Origin: Candidatus Omnitrophota bacterium
GTDB lineage: Bacteria > Omnitrophota > Gorgyraeia > Gygaellales > Profunditerraquicolaceae
Length of the DNA stretch: 62,979 nucleotides
NCBI GenBank assembly: GCA_026416665.1
Contig: JAOAET010000057.1
Location: 1-62,979 of the forward strand
Direction: 5' to 3'
Made by a program: the position numbers and the translations under genes. Every line of letters starts with the position of its first letter. Positions within the stretch are counted from its first letter, which is position 1. Positions 42,227-53,045 of the stretch are shown here, piece by piece. Below the pieces are notes generated by a model, which saw only the letters and a program-made list of their open reading frames with translations, ran no database searches and was not told the origin of the DNA.

Positions 42227-43593
42227 AAGGTATTTTAATCCGTCCGGCTCATCAGGGGCTGCGCGGTATTATTCATTTGCCGGGCGATAAATCTATTGCT
42301 CACCGCGCCTGTATTATAAGTGCCATATCTCCTGCCACAGTAATTATCAAGAATTTCCCGCTCAACAATGATTGTTTGGAGACAGTCAAGGCCCTCGGAA
42401 AACTAGGAATAGTTTTTAAATTTAAAAAATCTACCAGAGGAATAGCTGACCTTAAAGTAAAAGGGAAAGGATTATTTGGATTGACCCAACCTAAAAGACC
42501 TATTCTTATAAAGGAATCGGGAACGACTTTTCGTTTATTAGCAGGTATTTTGTGTGCACAGAAATTTAAAACGGTTTTAAAAGCAGGCGCTTCTTTAGCA
42601 AAGAGACCTATGTTGAGGATTACTTTTCCTTTACGCTTAATGGGAGCTAGAATAAATGGTTATCTAAAGAAAAAAAAGATGAATGGAAGGATTGTTTATG
42701 AAGAATATCCACCTCTGAGTATCGCCCCAGCGAGACTTTCTGGTATAACTTACAAACTTCCTGTTGCTTCTGCACAGGTAAAATCTGCTCTACTTCTTGC
42801 GAGTTTATATGCTAGTGGTTCAACAAAAATTATTGAACCAGTAAAGACCCGTGATCATACTGAGAGAATGTTAAAAGCGTTTCAAGCGCATATTAGCTGT
42901 AAAAAAAATAGCATACGTATAAAAGGAGGACGCCCATTAATTGCACCGAAAGAATTATTTATTCCAGGTGATATCTCTTCTGCAAGTTTTTTTATTGTGT
43001 TAGGATTGTTGTTAAAAAATTCATATCTTGTTTTAAGATCAATAAGTCTTAATCCAAGCCGAATGGGTGTGATTAAGGTTTTACGACAAATGGGTGGTTA
43101 TGTGAAAATCAAAAAAGACTCAGTTCATTCAACAAACGAACCAATGGGTAATTTAATTGTTAAGACATCATCTTTATCTGCTTGTTTTATTAATGAGAGA
43201 GAAATTCCCTCGCTTATTGATGAGTTACCTATTTTGATGGTTGCTGCTTCTTTAGCAAAAGGAAAAAGTATATTTAAAGGTGTAGGGGAGTTGCGGGTAA
43301 AGGAGACAGATCGTATCAAGGCAATGTTATATAATCTTAATAAAATGGGTGCCCAGATAACTTTAAGTAGCCGTAAACACAGCAAAGCTGGTGAAGTTGA
43401 AGATATAATTATTCAGGGAGTTGACTATTTAAAAGGCGCAAAACTTAAGAGTTTCCAAGATCATCGGACTGCAATGAGTATGATTGTGGCAGGACTTTGT
43501 GCAGAAGGTGAGAGTTATTTAGATGATGTTGGTTGTATTGCTAAGTCCTTCCCGGGTTTTTTAGAGATTTTACGACAGTTTTTCCCTCTCTAG
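42223..43593 (+). CDS. aroA: EPSP synthase
   Basis: PGDKSIAHR, SGTTFR, ASAQVKSA, RDHTE, ELRVKETDR, DHR.AM. Confidence 0.95.
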   Translation: MKGILIRPAHQGLRGIIHLPGDKSIAHRACIISAISPATVIIKNFPLNNDCLETVKALGKLGIVFKFKKSTRGIADLKVKGKGLFGLTQPKRPILIKESGTTFRLLAGILCAQKFKTVLKAGASLAKRPMLRITFPLRLMGARINGYLKKKKMNGRIVYEEYPPLSIAPARLSGITYKLPVASAQVKSALLLASLYASGSTKIIEPVKTRDHTERMLKAFQAHISCKKNSIRIKGGRPLIAPKELFIPGDISSASFFIVLGLLLKNSYLVLRSISLNPSRMGVIKVLRQMGGYVKIKKDSVHSTNEPMGNLIVKTSSLSACFINEREIPSLIDELPILMVAASLAKGKSIFKGVGELRVKETDRIKAMLYNLNKMGAQITLSSRKHSKAGEVEDIIIQGVDYLKGAKLKSFQDHRTAMSMIVAGLCAEGESYLDDVGCIAKSFPGFLEILRQFFPL

Positions 43594-43638
43594 ACTTTAC
43601 TAATTTTTAAGTTAATCCTATTTTAGCTATCTTTTTGT

Positions 43639-43667
43639 TTGACATATAGTTTAATTCCTGTTAAAAT
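43639..43667 (+). promoter_or_regulatory. mreB operon promoter
   Basis: TTGACA-17-TAAAAT with an extended TGn. Confidence 0.8.
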
Positions 43668-43754
43668 TATACACGTGTAAATTTCTTTCTCTTTTAAGTC
43701 CCTAATTCATAAAAAAGTAAAACATTTATTTTCTTCTGGCAAAAGGAGCTTGCC

Positions 43755-44828
43755 ATGGCTAAATTTAAAGAAATAGCTAAAAAGACATTTAATTATGTGA
43801 TGGGTCTTTTCTCTAATGATATGGGCATTGACCTTGGCACAGCTTCTACACTTGTATATGTTAAAGGTGAAGGTGTGGTGTTGTGTGAGCCATCAGTAGT
43901 AGCAATTCAAAGAGGGACTTCCAATGTTTTAGCAGTAGGTGAAGAAGCAAAACGGATGTTAGGGCGCACACCCGGTAACATAATTGCGATAAGACCAATG
44001 AAAGATGGGGTAATTGCAGATTTTGAAATTACTGAGGCAATGCTTCGCCACTTCATTAACAAAGTGCATCACCGCTTTGTTATTGCCCGTCCTAGAATTC
44101 TTATTGCTATTCCTTCAGGGATTACTGAAGTAGAAAAACGGGCAGTAAAAGATTCTGCAGAACGTGCAGGTGCTCGTGCGGTATTTCTTATTGAAGAGCC
44201 AATGGCAGCAGCCATAGGAGTGGGGTTACCTATCCAAGAGCCTGTGGGTAATATGATTATAGATATAGGTGGTGGAACAACAGAGATAGCAGTAATTTCT
44301 TTAGCGGGCATTGTTTTTTCCCGTTCTATTCGTATTGGTGGTGATGAAATGGATTTAGCGATTATGGAATACCTACGCAAGACCTATAATATAATGATTG
44401 GTGAACGTACTGCTGAGCAAATAAAGATAAAAATAGGTTCTGCTTATCCTCTTGAAGAAGAACTTACTATGGAGGTCAAAGGTAGGGACTTAGTAGCTGG
44501 TTTGCCTAAAACTGTTACTATCACATCTGAAGAAATCCGCGAGGCGTTGCAAGAACCACTCCGTGCTATTGTAGAAACTACTAAGATTTCCTTGGAACGA
44601 ACCCCTCCTGAATTATCTGCTGACTTAATTGAAAACGGCATTGTTATGGCTGGGGGAGGTTCTTTATTACGAGGTATTGACCGTCTTATCTCAGAAGAAA
44701 CAGGCTTGCCTGTACATGTTGCTGAAGACCCTTTAACAGCGGTGGTAAGGGGAACAGGCAAGGTCTTGGATGAGATGAAATATTTAAAGCGTGTTACTGT
44801 CCCTGTTAAGACCGACGTGCATTCCTAA
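43755..44828 (+). CDS. mreB: Actin-like rod shape protein MreB
   Basis: [34 protein letters not shown]; SD AAGGAG. Confidence 0.97.
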   Translation: MAKFKEIAKKTFNYVMGLFSNDMGIDLGTASTLVYVKGEGVVLCEPSVVAIQRGTSNVLAVGEEAKRMLGRTPGNIIAIRPMKDGVIADFEITEAMLRHFINKVHHRFVIARPRILIAIPSGITEVEKRAVKDSAERAGARAVFLIEEPMAAAIGVGLPIQEPVGNMIIDIGGGTTEIAVISLAGIVFSRSIRIGGDEMDLAIMEYLRKTYNIMIGERTAEQIKIKIGSAYPLEEELTMEVKGRDLVAGLPKTVTITSEEIREALQEPLRAIVETTKISLERTPPELSADLIENGIVMAGGGSLLRGIDRLISEETGLPVHVAEDPLTAVVRGTGKVLDEMKYLKRVTVPVKTDVHS

Positions 44829-44864
44829 ATTTTTTACACAGGAATCAGCGTATTCTAATTAAAT

Positions 44865-45638
44865 GTGGTTAAATTCACTAAAAAGAATTTATCTCGCCTT
44901 TTATTTCTAATCTGTTTTATTTTATCTTTCTCTTTATTTGTTCCTAAAACTCGTTTTTTTCTTATGCCCCTGTTACGTCTTCCATTAACTTTAGTAACAA
45001 ATATCCGTAAAACCACTGAAGCCATAGTTTATTTTTATCGTAACTATAAACAAGTAAATCAAATGCAGGCAAAAATTGATTTTTTGCTCAATCAACTCAG
45101 TGAGAAAAAAGAGTTAGAGTTAGAGAACGAGCGTTTAAGAAAATTATTAGATTTTAAGCAGAGATTACCTTACAAAGTGATTGCTTGCCAAGTTATTGGT
45201 CGGCATCCTGCTCAATGGTCTTCTACTATTATTCTTAATCGCGGTTTATCAAGTGGAATAAAAAATGGCTATGTCTGTGTAAGCTTCTTAGGATTAGTCG
45301 GAAGAGTATACCAGACCACACCTACTACCAGTACAGTAATGTTAATTACTGACCCTAATTTAAGTGTTTCTGCTATTGTACAAAGGAGTAGACAAGAAGG
45401 ATTGGTTAGTGGTTCCTTAGGTGGGACCCTAGTTATGAAATATCTTTCTTTCGATAGTGACATTAAGGTGGGAGATCTGGTAGTGACTTCAGGGCTTACT
45501 CCGGTATTCCCAAAAGGTATTCCTATTGGTAAGGTAATTAAAGTAAAGGAGGAACTTCCTACTTTATCTTGCTACGCTATAATCAAACCAGAGGTAGACC
45601 TTACTGCCTTAGAAGAAGTTCTAGTAATTATTCCATGA
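44865..45638 (+). CDS. mreC: Rod shape-determining protein MreC
   Basis: TM, ENERLRKLL coiled coil, GLVGRV, VTSGL..FPKGIPIG. Confidence 0.94.
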   Translation: MVKFTKKNLSRLLFLICFILSFSLFVPKTRFFLMPLLRLPLTLVTNIRKTTEAIVYFYRNYKQVNQMQAKIDFLLNQLSEKKELELENERLRKLLDFKQRLPYKVIACQVIGRHPAQWSSTIILNRGLSSGIKNGYVCVSFLGLVGRVYQTTPTTSTVMLITDPNLSVSAIVQRSRQEGLVSGSLGGTLVMKYLSFDSDIKVGDLVVTSGLTPVFPKGIPIGKVIKVKEELPTLSCYAIIKPEVDLTALEEVLVIIP

Positions 45639-46105
45639 ACAATATAAACCTATGGTTATGGGTATTTTTTAGTGCAATAATTCAATTAGCGTTAATGCCA
45701 TTTTTCAGTGTTGGTGGTATAACTGCAGATTTATTTCTTATTTGTGTAGTTTTTTTATCTGTTGAGATTAATCATCCTATTGCCTTCGGAATTGTGCTCT
45801 TTTGCGCATTACTGAGGGATGTGATGGGTATTGGTGTAATTGGAATTAGCTGTCTTGTGTATCCTATACTATTTTTTGTTTTAAACGGGATAAGACATTC
45901 GTTGGTTATAAATACTGGAAGACTATTTTCTTTGATTGTTTTACTTATTTCTTTAGGGGCATCTTTATTAGAACGGTTTTTTGCGGGGATTCTGGGATTT
46001 CGAATTATTAATTTAACGTATTTTACTGTTAGTTTTTTTCAGGCGCTCTATACCGCCTTATTAACAGAACTATTTATGCAATTCACCAAAAAATTTAGAC
46101 ACTGA
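45635..46105 (+). CDS. mreD: Rod shape-determining protein MreD
   Basis: Very hydrophobic; ATGA-coupled to mreC; lies between mreC and mrdA. Confidence 0.8.
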   Translation: MNNINLWLWVFFSAIIQLALMPFFSVGGITADLFLICVVFLSVEINHPIAFGIVLFCALLRDVMGIGVIGISCLVYPILFFVLNGIRHSLVINTGRLFSLIVLLISLGASLLERFFAGILGFRIINLTYFTVSFFQALYTALLTELFMQFTKKFRH

Positions 46106-47823
46106 TGAGAATAAGATTACTACAGATTTTAGTTGCTTTATGTTATTTCATCCTTATTTGCCAATTAATTAATTTAGCGGTTTTTCGTTCAAGCTACTTC
46201 CGAGAACTTGCAGATAAAAACTGTATTCGTTTTGTTCCCCAACAAGGTGGTCGCGGTAAAATTCTTGATGCTAATAATAAAATTCTTGTAACTAATAGAC
46301 TTTCTTATGATGTTTTGATTTTACCACAGAGCTTGTTTCAGATTACTCAGATTTTTGAAAAGCTTTCTTTTATCCTGCAGATAAGTCCTGAACAATTAAT
46401 GGAGCAATTCAAACGTAATTATACTGAACCCAGTGTCCCTGTATGTGTTGCCAAAAACATCGGGTTAGATAAAGCAGTTCAGGTAGAAGAAAGTAAACTC
46501 AATTTAGAAGGTGTAATTGTTCAGACCAATGTAATGCGCTATTATCCTTATGAGAAAATAGCCGCCCATATTTTGGGACACTTAGGGCAGATTGATGTTT
46601 GGCGCTTAAGTAAGTTGGCAAGTTATGGTTATAAGGCTAAGGACATTGTGGGTGTAGGAGGAATTGAAGAAAGATACGATTATTACTTACGCCAACAGGA
46701 TGGCGGAATATCCATAGAAGTTGACCATCAAGGAAGGTTTTCACGACTTTTAAGTTATTTTCCACCAAGAAATGGCAAAGATATTGGTTTGACTATTGAC
46801 CTTCGTATTCAACGGATTGTGGAAGAAATTTTAGACAATTATATCGGTAGCATAGTGATAATAGAACCTAACACCGGTGCAGTTTTGGCAATGGCGTCGC
46901 GTCCTGATTTTTCTCCGCTTTCTTTCTTGAAAAGTAACTCGCCGAAGTTACTCTCAGAGTTATTTAATAATCCCTATGCACCTTTGACTAATCGTGCTAT
47001 TCAAGGGCAATATCCGCCAGGGTCAGTTTTTAAGCCATTGGTGGCAACAGCGGCATTAGAACTTAATAAGATTAATTCTGCTACAACTTTTAATTGTCCG
47101 GGATTCCTAAGAATCGGCCGGCGTGATTTTAAATGTTGGGCAGTTCATAATGAAGTTGATCTTATAAAAGCGCTTGCCCAATCCTGTGATGTTTTTTTCT
47201 ATAAGTTAGGGCTTGCAATTGGTCCAGCTAAGCTCCACGAATTTGCCGATAAATTTGGATTAGGGCAATTAACAGGTGTTGAGTTACCCTACGAGGCAAA
47301 AGGTAATATCCCACATCCATTGCTAAGAAAAATGAAAACCTTTCAACGTTGGTATGATGGAGATACCGCAAATTTTGCTATTGGTCAGGGAGCGGTTTTA
47401 GTTACCCCTTTACAGATGGTTAGAGCAATAGCTGTTTTTGCAAACGGTGGTCAATTAGTACGGCCTTACCTTGTTCGTAGTATTGACCAAAAGGATGTCT
47501 CTTCGTCTCATCAAAAAATTGAACAGTTACCGCTTAAGAAAAAATATCTGGAGCTGGTTCGCCGCGGTCTGCGTGAGGTAGTTGCTAACCCTCAAGGGAC
47601 AGCACATGTTTTAGCTAATCTACCTGTTTCTGTAGCAGGAAAGACCGGGACTGCAGAGGCACCTGGTGGCACACACGCCTGGTTTGTTGGTTTTTTCCCT
47701 TTTGAAAAACCCCAATTTTGTGCAGCGGTATTCTTAGAAAATGGCGGACATGGCGCAAAAAGTGCATCCTTATTAAAAGAGATTATTGAACGTATGATTG
47801 AAGAAGGAATAATTCTTCCATGA
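46105..47823 (+). CDS. mrdA: Penicillin-binding protein 2
   Basis: RYYP, YPPGSVFK, SCDVFFY, KTGTAE; in the mre operon. Confidence 0.94.
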   Translation: MRIRLLQILVALCYFILICQLINLAVFRSSYFRELADKNCIRFVPQQGGRGKILDANNKILVTNRLSYDVLILPQSLFQITQIFEKLSFILQISPEQLMEQFKRNYTEPSVPVCVAKNIGLDKAVQVEESKLNLEGVIVQTNVMRYYPYEKIAAHILGHLGQIDVWRLSKLASYGYKAKDIVGVGGIEERYDYYLRQQDGGISIEVDHQGRFSRLLSYFPPRNGKDIGLTIDLRIQRIVEEILDNYIGSIVIIEPNTGAVLAMASRPDFSPLSFLKSNSPKLLSELFNNPYAPLTNRAIQGQYPPGSVFKPLVATAALELNKINSATTFNCPGFLRIGRRDFKCWAVHNEVDLIKALAQSCDVFFYKLGLAIGPAKLHEFADKFGLGQLTGVELPYEAKGNIPHPLLRKMKTFQRWYDGDTANFAIGQGAVLVTPLQMVRAIAVFANGGQLVRPYLVRSIDQKDVSSSHQKIEQLPLKKKYLELVRRGLREVVANPQGTAHVLANLPVSVAGKTGTAEAPGGTHAWFVGFFPFEKPQFCAAVFLENGGHGAKSASLLKEIIERMIEEGIILP

Positions 47824-48920
47824 AGGCAACCACTAGAATATTAATCGTCTCTGTTGTTATTGCTATATTTGGAATTCTTTCAATCTATTCTAGTACTAGC
47901 CGAAAAGAAGGTGAGTTTTTTCAGAATCTTTACCGGTATCAGATACTTCGACTTGTTCTAGGTTTATGCGTCTTTTGGTTTTTTTCTCGTTTTAACTACC
48001 GCAGACTTTGGGATTGGACTTATTTTATTTACAGTCTTGTGCTATTGTTACTTTTGTTAGTATTTATTTTAGGCATTGTGCGGATGGGTGCCCAGAGGTG
48101 GTTAAAAATTTGGTGGTTAACTGTTCAGCCTACGGAGATTGCCAAAATAATGATACTGTTATTTCTGGCAAGATACTTTAGTAAAAAGGAGCCTGATGAT
48201 GTGGAAGTTAAGGCTTCTAAGTTTGGTTTGATAAAAGCGTTAATAATCCCTTTTATCTTTACTGCCATCCCAATGTTTCTTATTATTGAACAACCAGATC
48301 TAGGTAGTGGTGCAATAATTTTCTTTATCTTTTTTACAATGCTTTATCTTAGTAAAATAAGGGTACGATACATTATCATTTTTGTTTTAGTAATAGTTAG
48401 TCTTTTACCTGTTTCGTGGCATTTTCTCAAACCGTATCAAAAAGCTCGAATCCAGGTATTTCTTAATCCTAATACCGACCCTTTAGGTGCTGGATATACG
48501 GTAATTCAATCTAAAATCGCTATTGGGTCAGCAGGTATATTAGGTAAGGGATGGCGCAGTGGCACTCAGAGTCAGCTTAAGTTTCTGCCTGAAGCACACA
48601 CAGATTTTATCTTTGCCACTTTTGTAGAAGAGTGGGGTTGTTTAGGAGGCATTTTTTTGATTGTGCTTTATTGGTTGCTAGTACAAGTGGGCATTAGGAC
48701 CGCACAAAGCACAACTGACCATTATGGCCAGCTTTTAAGTATGGGAATTGCCTGTATGATTTGTATTCAAAGTTGTATAAACATAGCTATGACCATGGGG
48801 CTTATGCCAGTAGTGGGAGTACCGCTTCCACTAATGAGTTATGGTGGATCCTCTATTATTACTACCTTTTCGGCTTTGGGAATTATGGCTAACGTAAGTA
48901 AGACGCGAAATATTTTCTAG
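47820..48920 (+). CDS. rodA: SEDS polymerase RodA
   Basis: GAQRW, QPDLG, DPLGAGY, FLPEAHTDFIF, SYGGSS. Confidence 0.95.
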   Translation: MKATTRILIVSVVIAIFGILSIYSSTSRKEGEFFQNLYRYQILRLVLGLCVFWFFSRFNYRRLWDWTYFIYSLVLLLLLLVFILGIVRMGAQRWLKIWWLTVQPTEIAKIMILLFLARYFSKKEPDDVEVKASKFGLIKALIIPFIFTAIPMFLIIEQPDLGSGAIIFFIFFTMLYLSKIRVRYIIIFVLVIVSLLPVSWHFLKPYQKARIQVFLNPNTDPLGAGYTVIQSKIAIGSAGILGKGWRSGTQSQLKFLPEAHTDFIFATFVEEWGCLGGIFLIVLYWLLVQVGIRTAQSTTDHYGQLLSMGIACMICIQSCINIAMTMGLMPVVGVPLPLMSYGGSSIITTFSALGIMANVSKTRNIF

Positions 48921-48966
48921 GCATCAGATTACTTCCAGCTTTTAGAAAAAAATTATCTAGAACAAA

Positions 48967-50724
48967 ATGGTCTGTGAAGAATTTCTTTTAAAAGTAAAAA
49001 AACCTGCACAATATATAGGGCAAGAGTGGAATATAATTCATAAAGATTTTCAAACAAGCCTGGTACGTATCTGTCTGTGTTTTCCTGACCTTTATGAAGT
49101 AGGGATGAGTAATTTGGGAATCCGCATTCTTTATGGTCTTTTAAATAGTTATCCTGATATTTGTTGTGAACGGCTATTTTTACCTGAAGTGGATATGCAG
49201 AGGTTATTAAAGAGTAATAATTATCCACTTGTTTCTTTAGAGTCAGCAAAACCATTAGCAAATTTTGATATAGTCGGATTTTCTTTAAGTTATGAGTTAT
49301 GTTATACCAATGTATTAGCTATCCTTGAATTAAGTGGTATTCCCTTGTGGCAAAAAGATAGAAAAGACAATGACCCTCTGGTGATTGCAGGTGGGCCGTG
49401 TACTCTAAATCCAGAGCCAATGGCAGATTTTTTTGATATCTTTGTAATCGGTGAGGCAGAAGAGGTTATCCTTAAATTGATAGAGACCTACAAAAATCTA
49501 AAATCGGCCAGACTAACACGAAAAGAATTATTAATTAGTTTGGCAAATATCCCCGGTGTTTATGTGCCTTCTCTATACGAAGTTGAGTATAATCAAGAAG
49601 GAAGAGTTATCTCTTTTTATCCAAATGTTCCTTCAATTGCCTGTCGTATAAAAAAACAGTTTGTGCTAGACTTAGATAAAAGTTTTTTCCCAACTGATTG
49701 GCTTGTTCCTAACATAAGCATAGTACATGACCGAGTTGCTTTAGAGATAATGCGTGGTTGTCCAAATCACTGCTGTTTTTGTCAGGCACGTAATTATTAT
49801 TATCCTTTACGGATTAGAAAACCTGATACTGTGTTTTCTTTAGCACAGCAACTGATAAGTAACACTGGTTATGAAGAACTTTCACTTTTAGGTCTTTCTG
49901 TTAGTGATTACCCTTATTTGAATCAGGTTTTAGTACCTCTGGTTGAGTACGCCAGACCCTACGGAGTAAGTATTTCTATTCCTTCAGTTAAACCTAAAAC
50001 CATACTTAGTTCATCTGCTGAACTAATTGCCACTATAAAAAAGACCGCGCTTACCTTTGCTCCTGAAGCAGCTACCAAACGTTTGCGAGTAGTCATCGGT
50101 AAAGAGTTTGATGAGGAAGAGTTTTTTTCCACTGTGTCTGCGGCTTATGCTGCAGGTTACAAGCACTTGAAGCTTTATTTTATGATAGGACTTCCTACCG
50201 AGACTGAAGAGGATCGGCTTGCTATCCTTGAATTTTGTCATCAAGTTGCGCAGATTAGACAGAAAAAACAAGGTTCTCCTGCACAAGTAAATGTAAGTAT
50301 CAATACCCTTATTCCCAAGCCTCACACGCCATTACAGTGGACACAGGTGCTTAGTCTTTCTCAGATAAATAACTATAAGGCTCAGCTTTTAAAGGCTAAT
50401 AAAAAACGCTATATAAAAATTACTTTTCATAATGCCCAGATGAGTATTCTTGAGGCAATCCTTAGTCGTGGAGACCGAAGATTGTCTGACGTAATTTATT
50501 TAGCTTTTAAAAAAGGCTGTATTTTAGATGCCTGGAGTGAACATTTTCTCTTTGAGAAATGGCAATCTGCTTTTAAAGAAGCAAATATTGATCCAGAATT
50601 TTATCTTAAGGAAATTCCCACTGATGCGTTGTTACCTTGGGATTTTATTGATACAGGGGTAAAAAAGCAGATATTACTTGAAGAATTTCAGCGTATTCAA
50701 GTAATAGGTCAAAGTAAGAGTTAA
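48967..50724 (+). CDS. TIGR03960-family radical SAM protein
   Basis: KPAQYIG.E.N, FPDLYEVGMS, RGCPNHCCFCQA, KLYFMIGLP, PKPHTP, LPWD; usual neighbour of rodA. Confidence 0.88.
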   Translation: MVCEEFLLKVKKPAQYIGQEWNIIHKDFQTSLVRICLCFPDLYEVGMSNLGIRILYGLLNSYPDICCERLFLPEVDMQRLLKSNNYPLVSLESAKPLANFDIVGFSLSYELCYTNVLAILELSGIPLWQKDRKDNDPLVIAGGPCTLNPEPMADFFDIFVIGEAEEVILKLIETYKNLKSARLTRKELLISLANIPGVYVPSLYEVEYNQEGRVISFYPNVPSIACRIKKQFVLDLDKSFFPTDWLVPNISIVHDRVALEIMRGCPNHCCFCQARNYYYPLRIRKPDTVFSLAQQLISNTGYEELSLLGLSVSDYPYLNQVLVPLVEYARPYGVSISIPSVKPKTILSSSAELIATIKKTALTFAPEAATKRLRVVIGKEFDEEEFFSTVSAAYAAGYKHLKLYFMIGLPTETEEDRLAILEFCHQVAQIRQKKQGSPAQVNVSINTLIPKPHTPLQWTQVLSLSQINNYKAQLLKANKKRYIKITFHNAQMSILEAILSRGDRRLSDVIYLAFKKGCILDAWSEHFLFEKWQSAFKEANIDPEFYLKEIPTDALLPWDFIDTGVKKQILLEEFQRIQVIGQSKS

Positions 50725-50747
50725 TTCCCCAATAGGATGGAAATTTG

Positions 50748-50776
50748 TTGCTTTAATTTAAGTGAACATGTATAAT
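50748..50776 (+). promoter_or_regulatory. Promoter of the pilus motor module
   Basis: TTGCTT-17-TATAAT. Confidence 0.7.
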
Positions 50777-50796
50777 CAAAAAGAGGTCCATTGATT

Positions 50797-51243
50797 ATGC
50801 CACTAAAAAAAGTTATTAATAAACAGTTGGGAGAGTTGCTTATTGAATTTGGGGTAATTAACCAGCAACAGCTTGAGAAAGCCCTTCTTGTACAAAAAGA
50901 GAGGCGTTCAGGCTTAATTGGTGAAATCTTAGTAGAGTTAGGATATGCTAAAGAAGAAGATATTGCCCAGGCACTAACAGTTCAATACGGCTTTCCTTAT
51001 CTTCCTTTATCTAGTTATGAAATAAGTCCTGAAATTATTTCTCTTGTTCCAGCCAAAATTGCTCGTACATATTTGTTGATACCGATCGATAAGATAGGCA
51101 ATACCCTTACCTTAGTAATGGCTAATCCTTTAAATACAAAAGCTGTAGAAGAGGTTGAACAACATTGTGGTTGTTCAATTCAAACATTTGTTTCTACTAT
51201 TTCCGATGTAAAAAATGCCATAGAAAAATACTACGGCCGCTAA
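50797..51243 (+). CDS. Stand-alone MshEN / GspE-N-terminal domain protein (no ATPase domain)
   Basis: Tandem xLGxxLxxxGxxxxxxLxxALxxQ repeats followed by a T2SSE_N-like domain (LVMANPL); alternative TTG start at 50791. Confidence 0.85.
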   Translation: MPLKKVINKQLGELLIEFGVINQQQLEKALLVQKERRSGLIGEILVELGYAKEEDIAQALTVQYGFPYLPLSSYEISPEIISLVPAKIARTYLLIPIDKIGNTLTLVMANPLNTKAVEEVEQHCGCSIQTFVSTISDVKNAIEKYYGR

Positions 51244-51322
51244 CTAGACAGCAGAAAAAGTTCTGTCATTTTTCGCTTATCGATAATGAAAATTTAATTG
51301 GTCTTTGAGTTGTTAATTGAAT

Positions 51323-53032
51323 ATGGTTTCTCTTAAAGATAGACTAACAGAGATTCTTATCAAAAATAAACTCCTCACCCAAGAGCAACTTAAGCAAGCC
51401 ATTGAAGAGCAGAAGAAAAAAGGCGGTACATTAAGCGAGGCAATTATTAATCTTAAGTTTATCCGTGAACAGGATTTGATGACTGTTTTAAGTGAAGGTC
51501 TTAATTTTCCTCCCATTGATCTAAAAAGGTTTAAGGTAGATTCCGAGGTAGTAAACATTATACCTTATGAGGTAGCGCGCAGATACCGTATCTTAGCCAT
51601 TTCTCGCATTGGTGAAGTATTAACCTTGGCAATGGCAGACCCTTTAAACATATTTGCCATAGACCATGTTGCTTCTTTAACGGGGTATAAGATTAATCCT
51701 ATAATTGCTAATAGCCAGGATATTATGGCGGTAATTGAGTCTGTCTATCCTGATACGACCAAAGAAATCATTAATGACCTTATGCGCCAGATAGATTCTA
51801 GTGCCATTGAATTAGTACGCCAGGAGATATCCGAAGAAGCCACTACTCAAACAGTGAGTATAGATGATGCCCCAGCGGTCAAGGTTACAGACTGGATATT
51901 AGAAGAGGCAGTTAACAAAAAGGCGTCGGATATTTTAATTGAACCTTTTGAAAAAAAGGTTCGTGTGCGTTATCGTATTGATGGTATTCTTCAAGAGGCG
52001 CAAAATCCTCCAAGATATATGCACGACTCTATTGTCTCAAGGATTAAAGTTATGTCACTTTTGGATATTGCTGAACACAGACTACCTCAAGATGGTAGAT
52101 TTAAAGCAAAAGTAAGTGGCAAAGAAGTAGATTTTCGGGTATCAATTTTACCTTCAAGTTTTGGAGAAAAGGTAGCTATTAGAATCTTAGATAAATCTCA
52201 GGCGATGTTGGATATTGACCGTCTGGGATTCAATGAGCATTTAGTAGAACAACTTAAGAAACTGGTAATACTACCTCATGGTATGATCTTAGTAAGCGGT
52301 CCTACAGGTTCAGGTAAGACCACCACGCTTTATTCCCTCTTAAAATATGTGGATAGTCCACAGAAGAATATTGTTACAGTAGAGGATCCGGTGGAATATC
52401 AGCTAGAAGGTATAAATCAAGTAGCTGTACGCACGGAAGTAGGGCTTACTTTTGGTAGTGCCCTGCGTGCAATTTTAAGACAAGATCCAAATGTCATTAT
52501 GATTGGAGAAATCCGTGATTTTGAAACAGTAGATATTGCCATTAAAAGTGCTTTAACTGGACATCTTGTTCTTTCTACAGTTCATACAACTAGTGCCTGT
52601 GGGTCGATTGTCCGGTTAATTAATATGGGGGTTGAGCCGTTTTTGATTGATGCCGCAGTAATCTGTGTGTTAGGTCAACGTCTTGTCCGGCGTATCTGCC
52701 AATACTGCAAAGAAGAACAAAAGGTCAGTATGCAGATTCTTAATTCTTTGAAGGTAAAGATGCCCGATGGGATGAAGCCTACATTTTATAAAGGCAAGGG
52801 GTGTCAGCGTTGTTTTAATTTGGGATATAGTGGCCGTTTAAGTATCGGTGAACTATTGATTTTAACCCCCGCTATTCGAGAATTAATCCTTAAGCGCGCA
52901 CAAGAACACATTATTAAACAACAGGCACGTAAAGAGGGGATGCGTACTTTAAGAGAAGATGGTATAAGGGCAGCGCTTGCAGGGTTAACTAGTTTAGAAG
53001 AAGTTGTGCGTATAACCGCTGCTGATGATTAA
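51323..53032 (+). CDS. pilB: GspE/PilB-family assembly ATPase 1
   Basis: PQDGR, GPTGSGKT, EDPVEY, LRQDP, GEIRD, GHLVLSTVH, CxxC/CxxC. Confidence 0.9.
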   Translation: MVSLKDRLTEILIKNKLLTQEQLKQAIEEQKKKGGTLSEAIINLKFIREQDLMTVLSEGLNFPPIDLKRFKVDSEVVNIIPYEVARRYRILAISRIGEVLTLAMADPLNIFAIDHVASLTGYKINPIIANSQDIMAVIESVYPDTTKEIINDLMRQIDSSAIELVRQEISEEATTQTVSIDDAPAVKVTDWILEEAVNKKASDILIEPFEKKVRVRYRIDGILQEAQNPPRYMHDSIVSRIKVMSLLDIAEHRLPQDGRFKAKVSGKEVDFRVSILPSSFGEKVAIRILDKSQAMLDIDRLGFNEHLVEQLKKLVILPHGMILVSGPTGSGKTTTLYSLLKYVDSPQKNIVTVEDPVEYQLEGINQVAVRTEVGLTFGSALRAILRQDPNVIMIGEIRDFETVDIAIKSALTGHLVLSTVHTTSACGSIVRLINMGVEPFLIDAAVICVLGQRLVRRICQYCKEEQKVSMQILNSLKVKMPDGMKPTFYKGKGCQRCFNLGYSGRLSIGELLILTPAIRELILKRAQEHIIKQQARKEGMRTLREDGIRAALAGLTSLEEVVRITAADD

Positions 53033-53045
53033 GACCTAACCGATT

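Noticed and set aside
43673-43681. ACGTGTAAA 5 nt after a -10-like hexamer at both the mreB and rrn upstream regions
   Set aside because: Only two instances, and the rrn hexamer (57107) lacks a matching -35; could be chance.
51247-51272. Weak hairpin between the MshEN gene and pilB
   Set aside because: Short stem and short U-tract; not convincing as a terminator.
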